DNA of 42,891 nucleotides from a virus (lineage: Duplodnaviria > Caudoviricetes): positions 1-42,891 of IMG/VR virus record IMGVR_UViG_3300020120_000058; one strand, 5' to 3'. Below are positions 24,672 through 33,677 of the stretch, piece after piece. Under the pieces are notes generated by a model. The model had not been told where the DNA came from. It saw nothing but the letters and a program-made list of their open reading frames with translations, and did no database searches. The first letter of the stretch is position 1. The number at the start of each line of letters is the position of its first letter. A program made the translations under genes and the position numbers.

Positions 24672-25966
24672 TGCCTAGCTACAACGTCCCGCTCGCGGGT
24701 GGCGGCAGCATGACCGTCAACGCCAGCAGCCCCCAGGCCGCCGCCGACAACGTCAAGGCCCAGGGCGGCACGCCCGGCGGGGATGCCAGCAACGTCGGAG
24801 GCGTGCCGGTTGGAGCCGGCATGGGCGGCGGCGACAACACTGGCGGCGGCCAGGACTACGCCAACCTGACCGCCACCCAGATGGTCCTGAACAGCGCCCA
24901 GGCCAAGGCCAACCAGGCCTACCTGAACGCGCGGCTGCAGCTGGACAACGACACGCTGGCGTTCCAGAAGGCCACCGAGGCGTTCAACGAGACGATCCAG
25001 ACCGCCCAGCAGACGGGCATGTTCAACGGCCAGCCGACCCAGGCGGCGATGACCAACTGGGCCCAGCTGTACGGCACCTCGACGGCGCCGACGCCAGGCC
25101 AGCAGACGCTGGCGGCCCAGCTGCAGCAGGCCAACATGCTCGGCACCTACAACGGCCAGCAGACCCTGGCCGCCAACCAGCAGCAGTTCAACCAGTGGGC
25201 CCAGGCCCAGCAGCTGAGCCAGCAGCAGTGGCAGCAGCAGCAAACGGCCGCCCAGAACTACATGCAGATGATGGCCGGGCTGCGCGGCCCGGCCGACTGG
25301 ATGAAGTACCAGCAGGTGCTCGGCTCGACGCCTGGCGGCATCAGCGACCTGGTGCGCGCCGCAGCTGGCCAGTACATGCCGGGCGGCGGGGCGACCACGG
25401 GCGTGGCGCCGACGCCGGTCACCATGCAGAGCTTCTACAACCAGCTGACGGGTGGCCAGCAGGCGCCGACTGGCCAGATGAGCACCCAGCAGATGATGCA
25501 GGGCTTCCAGCAACCCGGCGGTGTGCCGCAACAGGGCCAGATGCAGACCTCGTACTACAACCCGGCGAATCAGATGGCGTCCGGCTCCGTCAACTGGCAA
25601 GCCCCCAGCGGTCAGTATGGCCAATCCGGGGCCGGCGGCATGGCCGGCGGCATGGCCTGGGACCCGACCCAGGCCCAGGGCGCATGGAACGCTGGGACCG
25701 CTAACCCCCAGACCCAGCAGTACCAGGGCGCCAACGCTCCGGGCGGGACGCAGCAGAACGCCCAGGCGACCATGTCCAGCCTGGTCGCGCCGAATCAGAT
25801 GGCGCCTCAGACGTGGGCCAACCTGACCCCCAGCCAGCAGCAGATGCTGCTCGGCACCTGGGAATCCCAGGGCTATACCCAGGACGACGCCAAGGCTTTG
25901 TTTTCTCAGTCGCTGCCGAAGTACGCCAGCCAGTCGAGCGGCGCGGGTAGCTTCCGGCTCCAGTGA
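24671..25966 (+). CDS. Gln/Gly-rich internal virion (ejection-like) protein (431 aa)
   Basis: Repeated (F/Y)NGQ(P/Q)T(Q/L)AA units and Q-rich helices; located before the giant protein. Confidence 0.6.
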   Translation: MPSYNVPLAGGGSMTVNASSPQAAADNVKAQGGTPGGDASNVGGVPVGAGMGGGDNTGGGQDYANLTATQMVLNSAQAKANQAYLNARLQLDNDTLAFQKATEAFNETIQTAQQTGMFNGQPTQAAMTNWAQLYGTSTAPTPGQQTLAAQLQQANMLGTYNGQQTLAANQQQFNQWAQAQQLSQQQWQQQQTAAQNYMQMMAGLRGPADWMKYQQVLGSTPGGISDLVRAAAGQYMPGGGATTGVAPTPVTMQSFYNQLTGGQQAPTGQMSTQQMMQGFQQPGGVPQQGQMQTSYYNPANQMASGSVNWQAPSGQYGQSGAGGMAGGMAWDPTQAQGAWNAGTANPQTQQYQGANAPGGTQQNAQATMSSLVAPNQMAPQTWANLTPSQQQMLLGTWESQGYTQDDAKALFSQSLPKYASQSSGAGSFRLQ

Positions 25967-28900
25967 CCTGGCTGCCCGACGTCCCCGAAGACGACTACCG
26001 CCAGTACCAGGCGGATCAGTTCCAGCAGGACTCCCAGCAGAAGATCGACAGCTTTAGCTTCGAGAGTGCCACCAACGCCAAGATCGCCACGCTGGCGCCG
26101 CCGACTCCACCACCTCCTCCACCCGAACCCCCGCCTCCTCCACCGGCGCCGGAGCCGCCCCCGTCGCCACAGGAGTCGCTCGGTCGTATAGGCTCATGGG
26201 CGCAAACGCCGACCCCTCCGCCGGCGGATGCGCAGCCACCACCGGAGCCACCGGCTGCCCCACCTCCGGCAGTGTCGGCGGCTCCAGCCCCAGTTCAGTC
26301 GTCAGCCCCTGCGGCGCCTGTCTCGCCTCCAGGGCAGGCGGGGCTCGGCGACTGGATTGGCGGCGCCCTGGGCGCGGTCCGCTCAGCTGGCGGCGACGTC
26401 AACACGTTCGCCCAGAACTTCGACCCCTCAGGCTCCAATGTCATCGGTAGCGCCCTCGGCGCCGCCAGGGCCGCTGGCGCGGACATTCAGCAGTTCGCCC
26501 AGTCGCTTCCGCCACTACCCCAACCGGCGGCGCCTAATCTGCCTCCCTCCCAGAGTTCTCCTCAGATGTCGCCGGGTGGGGATCTCCAGGCCTACGCGCG
26601 GAGCGCGGCCCAGAAAGCGGGCATCGACCCAGACATTTTTACGCGCCAGATCCAGCAGGAGTCAGGCTTCAATCCGGCCGCCAAGTCTGGCGCCGGCGCC
26701 GTAGGCATCGCCCAGTTCATGCCCGGCACCGCGCAGGGCCTGGGCATCGACCCCACCGACCCGTACGCCGCACTCGACGCGGCGGCGCGGATGGATGCTC
26801 AGCACCTCCAGAAGTACGGCGGCGACTGGTCCAAGACGCTGGCGGCGTACAACGCCGGGCCAGGCGCCGTCGATCGCTACGGCGGTGTGCCGCCCTACGA
26901 AGAGACGCAGCGCTACGTCGACAACATCCTGCAGGGCAAGAACACCCAGGCGCCGATCACCCCGTCCGAGTCGCTCGGTCGCATCGGCGGCTGGGCCCAG
27001 GGCTCGGCCGATCGGACGAGCCAGTTCGGCGACCAGCAGCTGAGCGCAGATGAGGCCTACGCCGCGTGCGGGCCTGCGGCAGCTGTCCGCTTCGCCGCCG
27101 CGTACGGCCGCAACCCCACCCTGCGCGAGGCCGTCGACCTGGCCAAGACCGTCGGCTGGACCTCGGCCCAAGGCATGGCCGGGCTGAGTTCCGAAAAGGC
27201 CCTGATGGACAAGATGGGCGTGCCGACCAGGGTCGTCGGCTCGGACATCAACACGATCGCCCGCGAGGCCCAGACTGGCAACCCGGTCACGATCAGCACG
27301 CCCGGCCACTACTTCTACGCCGACGGCTACGACCCCAACAGCGGAGCGTTTCACGTCGGACGTTCGGGCACCGACCTGAGGAACGGCTCGGAGTGGATGA
27401 CGCCGGCCCAGATGCAGGCGGTCATGGGCCCCATCCAGGGCGCGCTGCTGGCCGACAACCCCCAGGTCCCGGCGCCTAGCACCGCCGACCAGGGCACCAA
27501 CCCTGGCGGCTTCCTGGATCGAGCCAAGGACACGCTGACCAGCACCCTGAGCAGCCTCGGCTCGACCGGCCAGGACATCCTGACTGCCCTGGGCCGCACC
27601 TCCACCGACGTCGGCCAGCCAGCTGCCAGCCAGCCCTACCCGTCGGATCTGCTGACCAACCCGATCGGCTCGCGCCCCGCGCCGGTGGACGTCCGTCAAG
27701 CGGCGCCTGAGATCGGCGCCCTGGCGCGCACCGCCGAGCGGGTGACCGTGCCTGCTCCAGGCAGTGTGCCCGGCGGCGCCATTGGCGAGATCGCTGGCAC
27801 GTCGGCGTCGGCCCTGGGCACCCTGGCGCAGTCAACCACCAGCCCCTTCTCGCCAGCCTCCGAGGAGTTCCCGCGCGGCGGGCCATTGTCGGGGCCGATT
27901 GTCGGCCTCAGTCGCATGGTTGGCGGCGCCGACCAGCTGGCCGCCGAGGACCCCCAGTACGCCGCCCTGAACCAGCGTCGCGCCGACATCATGCAGCAGC
28001 TGAACCAGGCCGCGCTGTACGGCGGTCAGGCCGATCGCATCACCGCTCTGCAGGACGAACTCGATCAGATCAACCTCCAGCGGCGACGCATCGAGTCGAG
28101 CGTGGATCTGCCCACGCTTGCCGCGCGCAACCCCGACCAGCAGCGCAACGAGATGATCGCCCAGCTGGCCCAGGCCGCGATCGCCACGCCGCTGGCCACC
28201 GAAAGCTCACCGCTGCTGGCGCGGCTCGGCGCCTCGATCATTGACCCCCAGACCGGTCTGCCGTCGGTCCTCGGACGGATCACCAGTGCGCTGCGCGGCG
28301 GCGAGGCCGCCGATGTCCGCACGGCCAGGGCCATCCAGGATTCCGACTGGGCCAGGACGGTCAATCCTGGCATGCCGCCGTCGAGTTTGCTGCGCACGCT
28401 TGGCCCTGAGGAAGCGACGCGCGTCACCAGCAGCCCAACCTTCCAGCCAGCTGGGGCCTACATCGGGCCTGGTGGCAGTGCTGACGCGCTGTCGGTGTTG
28501 CAGCGTCTGGCAGACCAGGGTCCCGAGCGTACCTCGATCCGCGAAGGCGGGCTGGGCACGCCCTCCTACGACTACCTGCCTGGTACGCCCGAGCTTGCTG
28601 CGCGGCAGGCGTTGCTACGCTCGGCGGCTGCTGATCCGCAGGGGGTGGCGCGGCTTGGCCCGTCCGACTTGAGCCAGCTTCCGGGCATGCCGAACCTGTC
28701 CATGGTTAACAGCCCCAAGACCAAGCAGTTGGTGCCGAACGCCCTTTACGGGACGCCCACCTCGTTGGATGACGTACGCGCCGGCATCGACGTCGGCATG
28801 AACCAGGCGCACTGGTACTCGAACTTCGCCCAGGGCGTGGCCGATACCGTTGGCGAGCAGAACCTGCCTGAGTTCGCGGCGCTGTTCGGCATCACCTCGC

Positions 28901-31900
28901 GCAACACCGTCGAGAACAACCTGGCCTACTCGCTCGGCCTGATGCGCATGGCGCGCGAGTTCGAGCAGGACGGGACGCCGTTCACGCGGGACGCGATCAG
29001 GGCATGGACGGCCCGTAACCCGACCTTCAACGCCCAGGGGCTACCCGAGAAGTGGGCGCTCACCGACGACATGGTCAACAAGGTCGCCGATGTCTACAAC
29101 AACGGCGCCGTCAACATCGTCAGTAGCGCCAAGAGCCCGAGCTACGCCCAGAACATCATCTCGGCCCTGCAGAATCGCTTCGACCCGAATAGCACCATCG
29201 ACACCTGGATGTGGCGCCTGCTCGGCTATCAGAACGCTGGCCAATCGCCTGGGCCGGCTGGCAGCGATGCGGCCTACCGCGCCAGTCGTGCAGTCATGGA
29301 TCACCTGGCCGGCGAGCTTGGCCTAAGCCCGAAGCAGGCCCAGGCAGCGGGGTGGTTTTCTATCAAGGCGCCCTGGGACGTGGCCTATCCAGCCGTCTCC
29401 AGCTACGTGAAGGGCCAGAAGGTGGTCCCGCCGCCGCCTGAACTCAAAGCTGCCGTGGATGCCTTCAGGAGCGGCAAGGGCAGCCTGCGCGACGTGATCA
29501 GCGCCGGCCAGAAGTACGGCGTCTACGACAATCCCTCGGGCACCTGGCAGCAGATGACGTCCTCGGGCAGGGTCGCCGACCAGCTGCAGCAGCTGCGCGG
29601 GGTCATTGATCGGCCCCCGCCCGGGGCAGCCGCCCGTGCCGAACTCGTCTATCCCGGCCAGGGCGCCAGGGCCAGGCTGTCACCCGTCAACTACGCCACG
29701 TCGGCGGCGCGCCAGCTGGAGGCCGAATCCCAGGCGCCAGCGGTGACTACCACCCTGGGCGAGGACGCGGCGCAGCAGCTGGGCTGGAACCCGGCACGCC
29801 AGCAGTTCGACGCCCTGGGCGACATGCCGCACATCGTCCAGTCCAACGGCGACCAGGTCCACGTCCTGGTGCCAGGCGGCAACGTCGATGCGTTGCAGTA
29901 CGCGGGCGCCATGCTCGGTAAGGCGTCCGGGGCCGACAGCATGGACATTCACCTGTTCCGTCCCGAGGGCAGCCAGCTGGCGGGCTGGAAGGTCGTTACC
30001 CCAGATGGCATGGCCCTGGATGAGGCGACGTCCAGCAGGCTCCAGCAAGCCCTATCTGACGCTAATGTCCAGTTCTCGGCGGCGCCTGGGGGTATACTCA
30101 GGGTCCACGCGCTACCCGTCGGCGACCCCGCTTACGAGGCAGCCATTCAGGGGGTAATCAGTAATGCAGGACTCCAACTCGATCCCATCCGTGGCGTCGC
30201 CGCCAGCGTCGGCTCAGAAAGCTTTGACTCCATCCTTGGCCGCTTTGGTGAGAGATACGGTGCTGCCGCCGGACGACCCGGCCTACAAGATGGGGGACGT
30301 GGTATCGGTGGCGCCGCCGAAGCGGCAGCCCGAGGTCCAGCCGCCGGCCTGACCGACGCGGACCTCACGGTCCAGCCGCTCACTCAAGAAGAGGCCCGAG
30401 CCAAGCTCGGGTCTTTTTTGGACCCTGCGGGCCGTGTGGTGCGTGGCACTGGCGCCGAGGAGGCGGGGCGCCTGCTCGGTCCTGACGAACGTGCGCCGCT
30501 GTTCGATGAGAATGGCCGCCTGAACGGCAAGCCCCCGGCATCCGACTCCGGCCTGATCATCCCAGGCCGTGAGACGATGCCCGACCTCCAGCAGATTTAT
30601 GGCCCGAGCGGCCGTTCGCTGACCAACCTGGCCAGGGGCACCATCCCGTCTGGCGGCGAGGCCGCCGTGCCGATCCGCACCTACGAGGGTGCCACGCGCG
30701 CCGCGCCAGGCCCGCCTGACGAGGAACTCCAGCGGCTGATGCCGAACCTGTCCAAGATGGCGGCTGATGATCCGTCGCTGGCGGCCACGGTGCAGCGCAT
30801 CGCCGAGGAGAACAAAGGCCTGGCCCAGGCCTACCAGCAGGGCACGATCAGCCACGACCAGCTGCTCAACGACCTCGCGCCCCAGGTCGGCCTGACCAAA
30901 GAAGACTTCCTGAAGTCGAAGACGGGCCAGGCGTGGAATCCCGCCGAGCAGCTGGTGCTGCGCGCCACGGCGAAGTACTACGCCGATCAGATGCAGGAGG
31001 CCTCTCAGGCGATCGCCAACAAGCCCTGGAGCGAGGTGACCGCCAAGGAGAAGGTCGACCTGTTGCACACCGCCATGGAGGCCGCCCAGCTGCAGGACGT
31101 GGCCCTGGGCGGCGGGTCCACGGCGGGCCGCACCCTGAACCAGCAGAAGCTCGTCCTGGACAAGCAGATGGCCCAGGCCCTGGTCGGGCCGCGCGAGCAG
31201 AAGGCCGCCGAGGCCGCCCTCGCCGAGTCGGACGCGCGCAACGCCAAGATCCAGGACCTGGCCGACAAGGTCAAGGCGACCAGGCGCCAGCAGCTGGAGG
31301 CGGTCAAGCAGATCGCCCCGCAGGAGGGCGCCGCGACCAAGGACCAGCGGCCCCTCCTGGACGCGATCAACCGCGCGTACGCCGAGCTTGAGGCGTACCA
31401 GGCCATGTCGCTGGATGAGAAGGGCGCCGACCTGAATGCGCGCGAGGCCGAGCGCGCCCAGCGGGCAGCTGCCCGCGCCGAGGCACTGTCCAACCGCGAC
31501 GCACCCCAGCAGCTGCTGTCGGCCCTGCAGGACGAACTCGCCGCTGAGCGCAAGGTGTTCAAGGGCCGCCAGAACCTGTGGAGCACCCTGGCTGATCGTG
31601 CCGAGGTGCGCGCCAGGAACGTCGAGGGCAAGCGCTTCGCCAGTCCGGATGACGTGGCCCTGAACAAGCTGCAGACCAGCCAGGAGGACCAGGGCGCCTT
31701 GCAGTGGCTGGAGGGCAACCGCAAGGCCGCCCAGGAGGCCGCCGACTCGGCCAGCACCCGCCTGAAGAAGGCCTGGGACACCCAGATGAGTGGCGCCGAT
31801 CGGCAGGAGAACATGGCCAAGCTGATCCTGCAGCGCATGGGCGGCAACGGCGCCAAGGCCACCGACATCACCGACGAGATGCTCAAGGGCCTGGTCAACG

Positions 31901-33672
31901 CGATGAACAGCAAGGACCCGATGGAGGCCGCCAAGTTCCTGAAGGCCCTGCACAAGCCCAACTGGTGGGACCGCATCCAGATCCTGCGCTACTCGGGCAT
32001 GCTGTCGTCCACGGCGACGCACGCCGCCCAGGCCGTCAGCAACATGGGCCAGCTGGGCCTGGCCATGGCCACCCATCCACTGGCCGTCGGTGTCGACGCC
32101 GCTCGCGCGGGGCTGGGCGGCGGCGAGCGGAGCCGCTACATGGCCGAGCTTCCGGCGATGATCAGCGGCCTGCGCGACGGCTTCCGAGGCGGCGCCAGTG
32201 ACGCGGCGACGATCATGCGCACTGGCATCAACCCAGGCGAATCGAGCCGCTACCTGGAGCAGCTGCAGCGGCCAGGCTTCGGCAGTGGCTCCAAGGCCGT
32301 CGACTTCCTGGCCGAGGGTCCGCTGCGCACCCTGGAGGCTGGCGACGCCCTGATCCGAGGTGGCGCGCGAGGCGCCTTCACCAACGCCCTGGCGGTGCGC
32401 CGCGCGGCCCAGGAGGGGCTGACCGGGGCCAATCGCGCCGCCCGCGCCCGTGACATCCTGACCAACATTGAGGACTACCCGCAGCTGGTCGAAGAGGCCA
32501 ACAACATGGCCAAGCGGGTGGTCATGCAGGAGCAGCGTGGCGATCGCGCGGTGCAGGCCCTGCAGTCGCGGCAGGGGCCGCTCGGCCTGGCGCAGTCGCT
32601 GGTCATGCCGTTTGTGCGCACGCCGTACAACGTCGCCGCCCAGGGCCTGGGGATGACCCCAGCTGGCTACTTCGGCGCGGCGCGCTCGATCGCCAGGGGC
32701 GACACGGGCGAGTTCGCCGATCGTGTCGCGCGGGCGACCGTCGGCACCGGGGTGATGGGCATCGGCTCCGCTCTGGCCGCCAACGGGCACCTGACTGGCG
32801 CCATGCCCACCGATACCACCGAGCGCTCGACGTTGCCGCCAGGCTGGCAGCCGTACTCGGTCAAGATCGACACACCAGGCGGGCCGGCCTACGTCAAGTA
32901 CTCGAACCTCGGCCCGATCGGCGTGCCGTTGGCCCTGGCCGCCTCGACGCACGATGCCATCCGCAGCGGGCAACCGATGGACCCCACGGCGATCGGGGGC
33001 CGCTTCGTCGGCGGCTTCGGGCGGTACATGGTCGACTCGACCATGCTGCAGAGCATGTCCAACCTGCTGGATGCGATCAACCAGCCCGAGCGCAAGGGCG
33101 AGAACTTCCTGGAGTCGATCGCCAGCCAGTTCGCGCCGTACGGCGGCCTGGGCCGCCAGCTGGATCGAGCGCTGGGCACCAGTCCGCGCGACCCACACGG
33201 CATCCTGGATGCCATGGAGGCGGCCTACCCAGGCCTGTCGGGGAATGTGCGACCTCGGCTAGACACCTGGGGCCAGCCTGTCCAGCAGACCCAGTCGGGC
33301 CTGGGCGCCTTCGCTTCGCCACTCAGCTACGGCATGGAAGGCAACGACCCGTACCTGCGCGTGCTGCATGAAAATGGCGTTGGTATCGACGCGGCGCCGA
33401 AGGACTGGCAGACCATGGACCTGACCGACCAGGAGCAACGCCAGTTCCCCGCGCTCGCCGCGCCAGTCATTCGCCAGGCGATCGACCGTGTGACCAGCCG
33501 CCCTGACTGGAACCAGCTGACGCCGAGCCAACGTCAGACCGCGCTACGTGCCGCCGTCTCAGCCGGCCACGCGGCAGCTGGCGCGACGATCCTGCGCAAC
33601 CTGACCCCAGCCGAACGCCAAGCGAGGCACGCCCAGAACGTCGCCCGCACCGCACCTGTCCCAGGGAGGTGA
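25963..33672 (+). CDS. Giant multidomain ejection/internal virion protein (2569 aa): SLT transglycosylase, C39-like peptidase, HhH-glycosylase-like domain, helical C-terminus
   Basis: QESGFNP..AVGIAQFMPGTA..AAYNAGPG..ETQRYV (26581-26931); CGPAAA...GHYF (27022-27460); WY...TIDTWMWR...QAQAAGW (28810-29355); PFVRTPYN and GWQPYSVK near the C-terminus. Confidence 0.8.
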   Translation: MTWLPDVPEDDYRQYQADQFQQDSQQKIDSFSFESATNAKIATLAPPTPPPPPPEPPPPPPAPEPPPSPQESLGRIGSWAQTPTPPPADAQPPPEPPAAPPPAVSAAPAPVQSSAPAAPVSPPGQAGLGDWIGGALGAVRSAGGDVNTFAQNFDPSGSNVIGSALGAARAAGADIQQFAQSLPPLPQPAAPNLPPSQSSPQMSPGGDLQAYARSAAQKAGIDPDIFTRQIQQESGFNPAAKSGAGAVGIAQFMPGTAQGLGIDPTDPYAALDAAARMDAQHLQKYGGDWSKTLAAYNAGPGAVDRYGGVPPYEETQRYVDNILQGKNTQAPITPSESLGRIGGWAQGSADRTSQFGDQQLSADEAYAACGPAAAVRFAAAYGRNPTLREAVDLAKTVGWTSAQGMAGLSSEKALMDKMGVPTRVVGSDINTIAREAQTGNPVTISTPGHYFYADGYDPNSGAFHVGRSGTDLRNGSEWMTPAQMQAVMGPIQGALLADNPQVPAPSTADQGTNPGGFLDRAKDTLTSTLSSLGSTGQDILTALGRTSTDVGQPAASQPYPSDLLTNPIGSRPAPVDVRQAAPEIGALARTAERVTVPAPGSVPGGAIGEIAGTSASALGTLAQSTTSPFSPASEEFPRGGPLSGPIVGLSRMVGGADQLAAEDPQYAALNQRRADIMQQLNQAALYGGQADRITALQDELDQINLQRRRIESSVDLPTLAARNPDQQRNEMIAQLAQAAIATPLATESSPLLARLGASIIDPQTGLPSVLGRITSALRGGEAADVRTARAIQDSDWARTVNPGMPPSSLLRTLGPEEATRVTSSPTFQPAGAYIGPGGSADALSVLQRLADQGPERTSIREGGLGTPSYDYLPGTPELAARQALLRSAAADPQGVARLGPSDLSQLPGMPNLSMVNSPKTKQLVPNALYGTPTSLDDVRAGIDVGMNQAHWYSNFAQGVADTVGEQNLPEFAALFGITSRNTVENNLAYSLGLMRMAREFEQDGTPFTRDAIRAWTARNPTFNAQGLPEKWALTDDMVNKVADVYNNGAVNIVSSAKSPSYAQNIISALQNRFDPNSTIDTWMWRLLGYQNAGQSPGPAGSDAAYRASRAVMDHLAGELGLSPKQAQAAGWFSIKAPWDVAYPAVSSYVKGQKVVPPPPELKAAVDAFRSGKGSLRDVISAGQKYGVYDNPSGTWQQMTSSGRVADQLQQLRGVIDRPPPGAAARAELVYPGQGARARLSPVNYATSAARQLEAESQAPAVTTTLGEDAAQQLGWNPARQQFDALGDMPHIVQSNGDQVHVLVPGGNVDALQYAGAMLGKASGADSMDIHLFRPEGSQLAGWKVVTPDGMALDEATSSRLQQALSDANVQFSAAPGGILRVHALPVGDPAYEAAIQGVISNAGLQLDPIRGVAASVGSESFDSILGRFGERYGAAAGRPGLQDGGRGIGGAAEAAARGPAAGLTDADLTVQPLTQEEARAKLGSFLDPAGRVVRGTGAEEAGRLLGPDERAPLFDENGRLNGKPPASDSGLIIPGRETMPDLQQIYGPSGRSLTNLARGTIPSGGEAAVPIRTYEGATRAAPGPPDEELQRLMPNLSKMAADDPSLAATVQRIAEENKGLAQAYQQGTISHDQLLNDLAPQVGLTKEDFLKSKTGQAWNPAEQLVLRATAKYYADQMQEASQAIANKPWSEVTAKEKVDLLHTAMEAAQLQDVALGGGSTAGRTLNQQKLVLDKQMAQALVGPREQKAAEAALAESDARNAKIQDLADKVKATRRQQLEAVKQIAPQEGAATKDQRPLLDAINRAYAELEAYQAMSLDEKGADLNAREAERAQRAAARAEALSNRDAPQQLLSALQDELAAERKVFKGRQNLWSTLADRAEVRARNVEGKRFASPDDVALNKLQTSQEDQGALQWLEGNRKAAQEAADSASTRLKKAWDTQMSGADRQENMAKLILQRMGGNGAKATDITDEMLKGLVNAMNSKDPMEAAKFLKALHKPNWWDRIQILRYSGMLSSTATHAAQAVSNMGQLGLAMATHPLAVGVDAARAGLGGGERSRYMAELPAMISGLRDGFRGGASDAATIMRTGINPGESSRYLEQLQRPGFGSGSKAVDFLAEGPLRTLEAGDALIRGGARGAFTNALAVRRAAQEGLTGANRAARARDILTNIEDYPQLVEEANNMAKRVVMQEQRGDRAVQALQSRQGPLGLAQSLVMPFVRTPYNVAAQGLGMTPAGYFGAARSIARGDTGEFADRVARATVGTGVMGIGSALAANGHLTGAMPTDTTERSTLPPGWQPYSVKIDTPGGPAYVKYSNLGPIGVPLALAASTHDAIRSGQPMDPTAIGGRFVGGFGRYMVDSTMLQSMSNLLDAINQPERKGENFLESIASQFAPYGGLGRQLDRALGTSPRDPHGILDAMEAAYPGLSGNVRPRLDTWGQPVQQTQSGLGAFASPLSYGMEGNDPYLRVLHENGVGIDAAPKDWQTMDLTDQEQRQFPALAAPVIRQAIDRVTSRPDWNQLTPSQRQTALRAAVSAGHAAAGATILRNLTPAERQARHAQNVARTAPVPGR
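30164..30352 (+). CDS. Candidate overprinted 62-aa ORF in the +1 frame of the giant gene
   Basis: GC3 bias switches to this frame; GGGGGT at 30150-30155 and TATACT at 30093-30098 lie upstream. Confidence 0.45.
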   Translation: MQDSNSIPSVASPPASAQKALTPSLAALVRDTVLPPDDPAYKMGDVVSVAPPKRQPEVQPPA

Positions 33673-33677
33673 GCTAG

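Noticed and set aside
30283-33198. Long alternative ORFs (971 aa here; also 23106-24512, 14565-15785, 7373-8512, 33719-35551)
   Set aside because: Antisense or shifted-frame shadows of well-supported genes, expected in high-GC3 DNA; no motifs or RBS.
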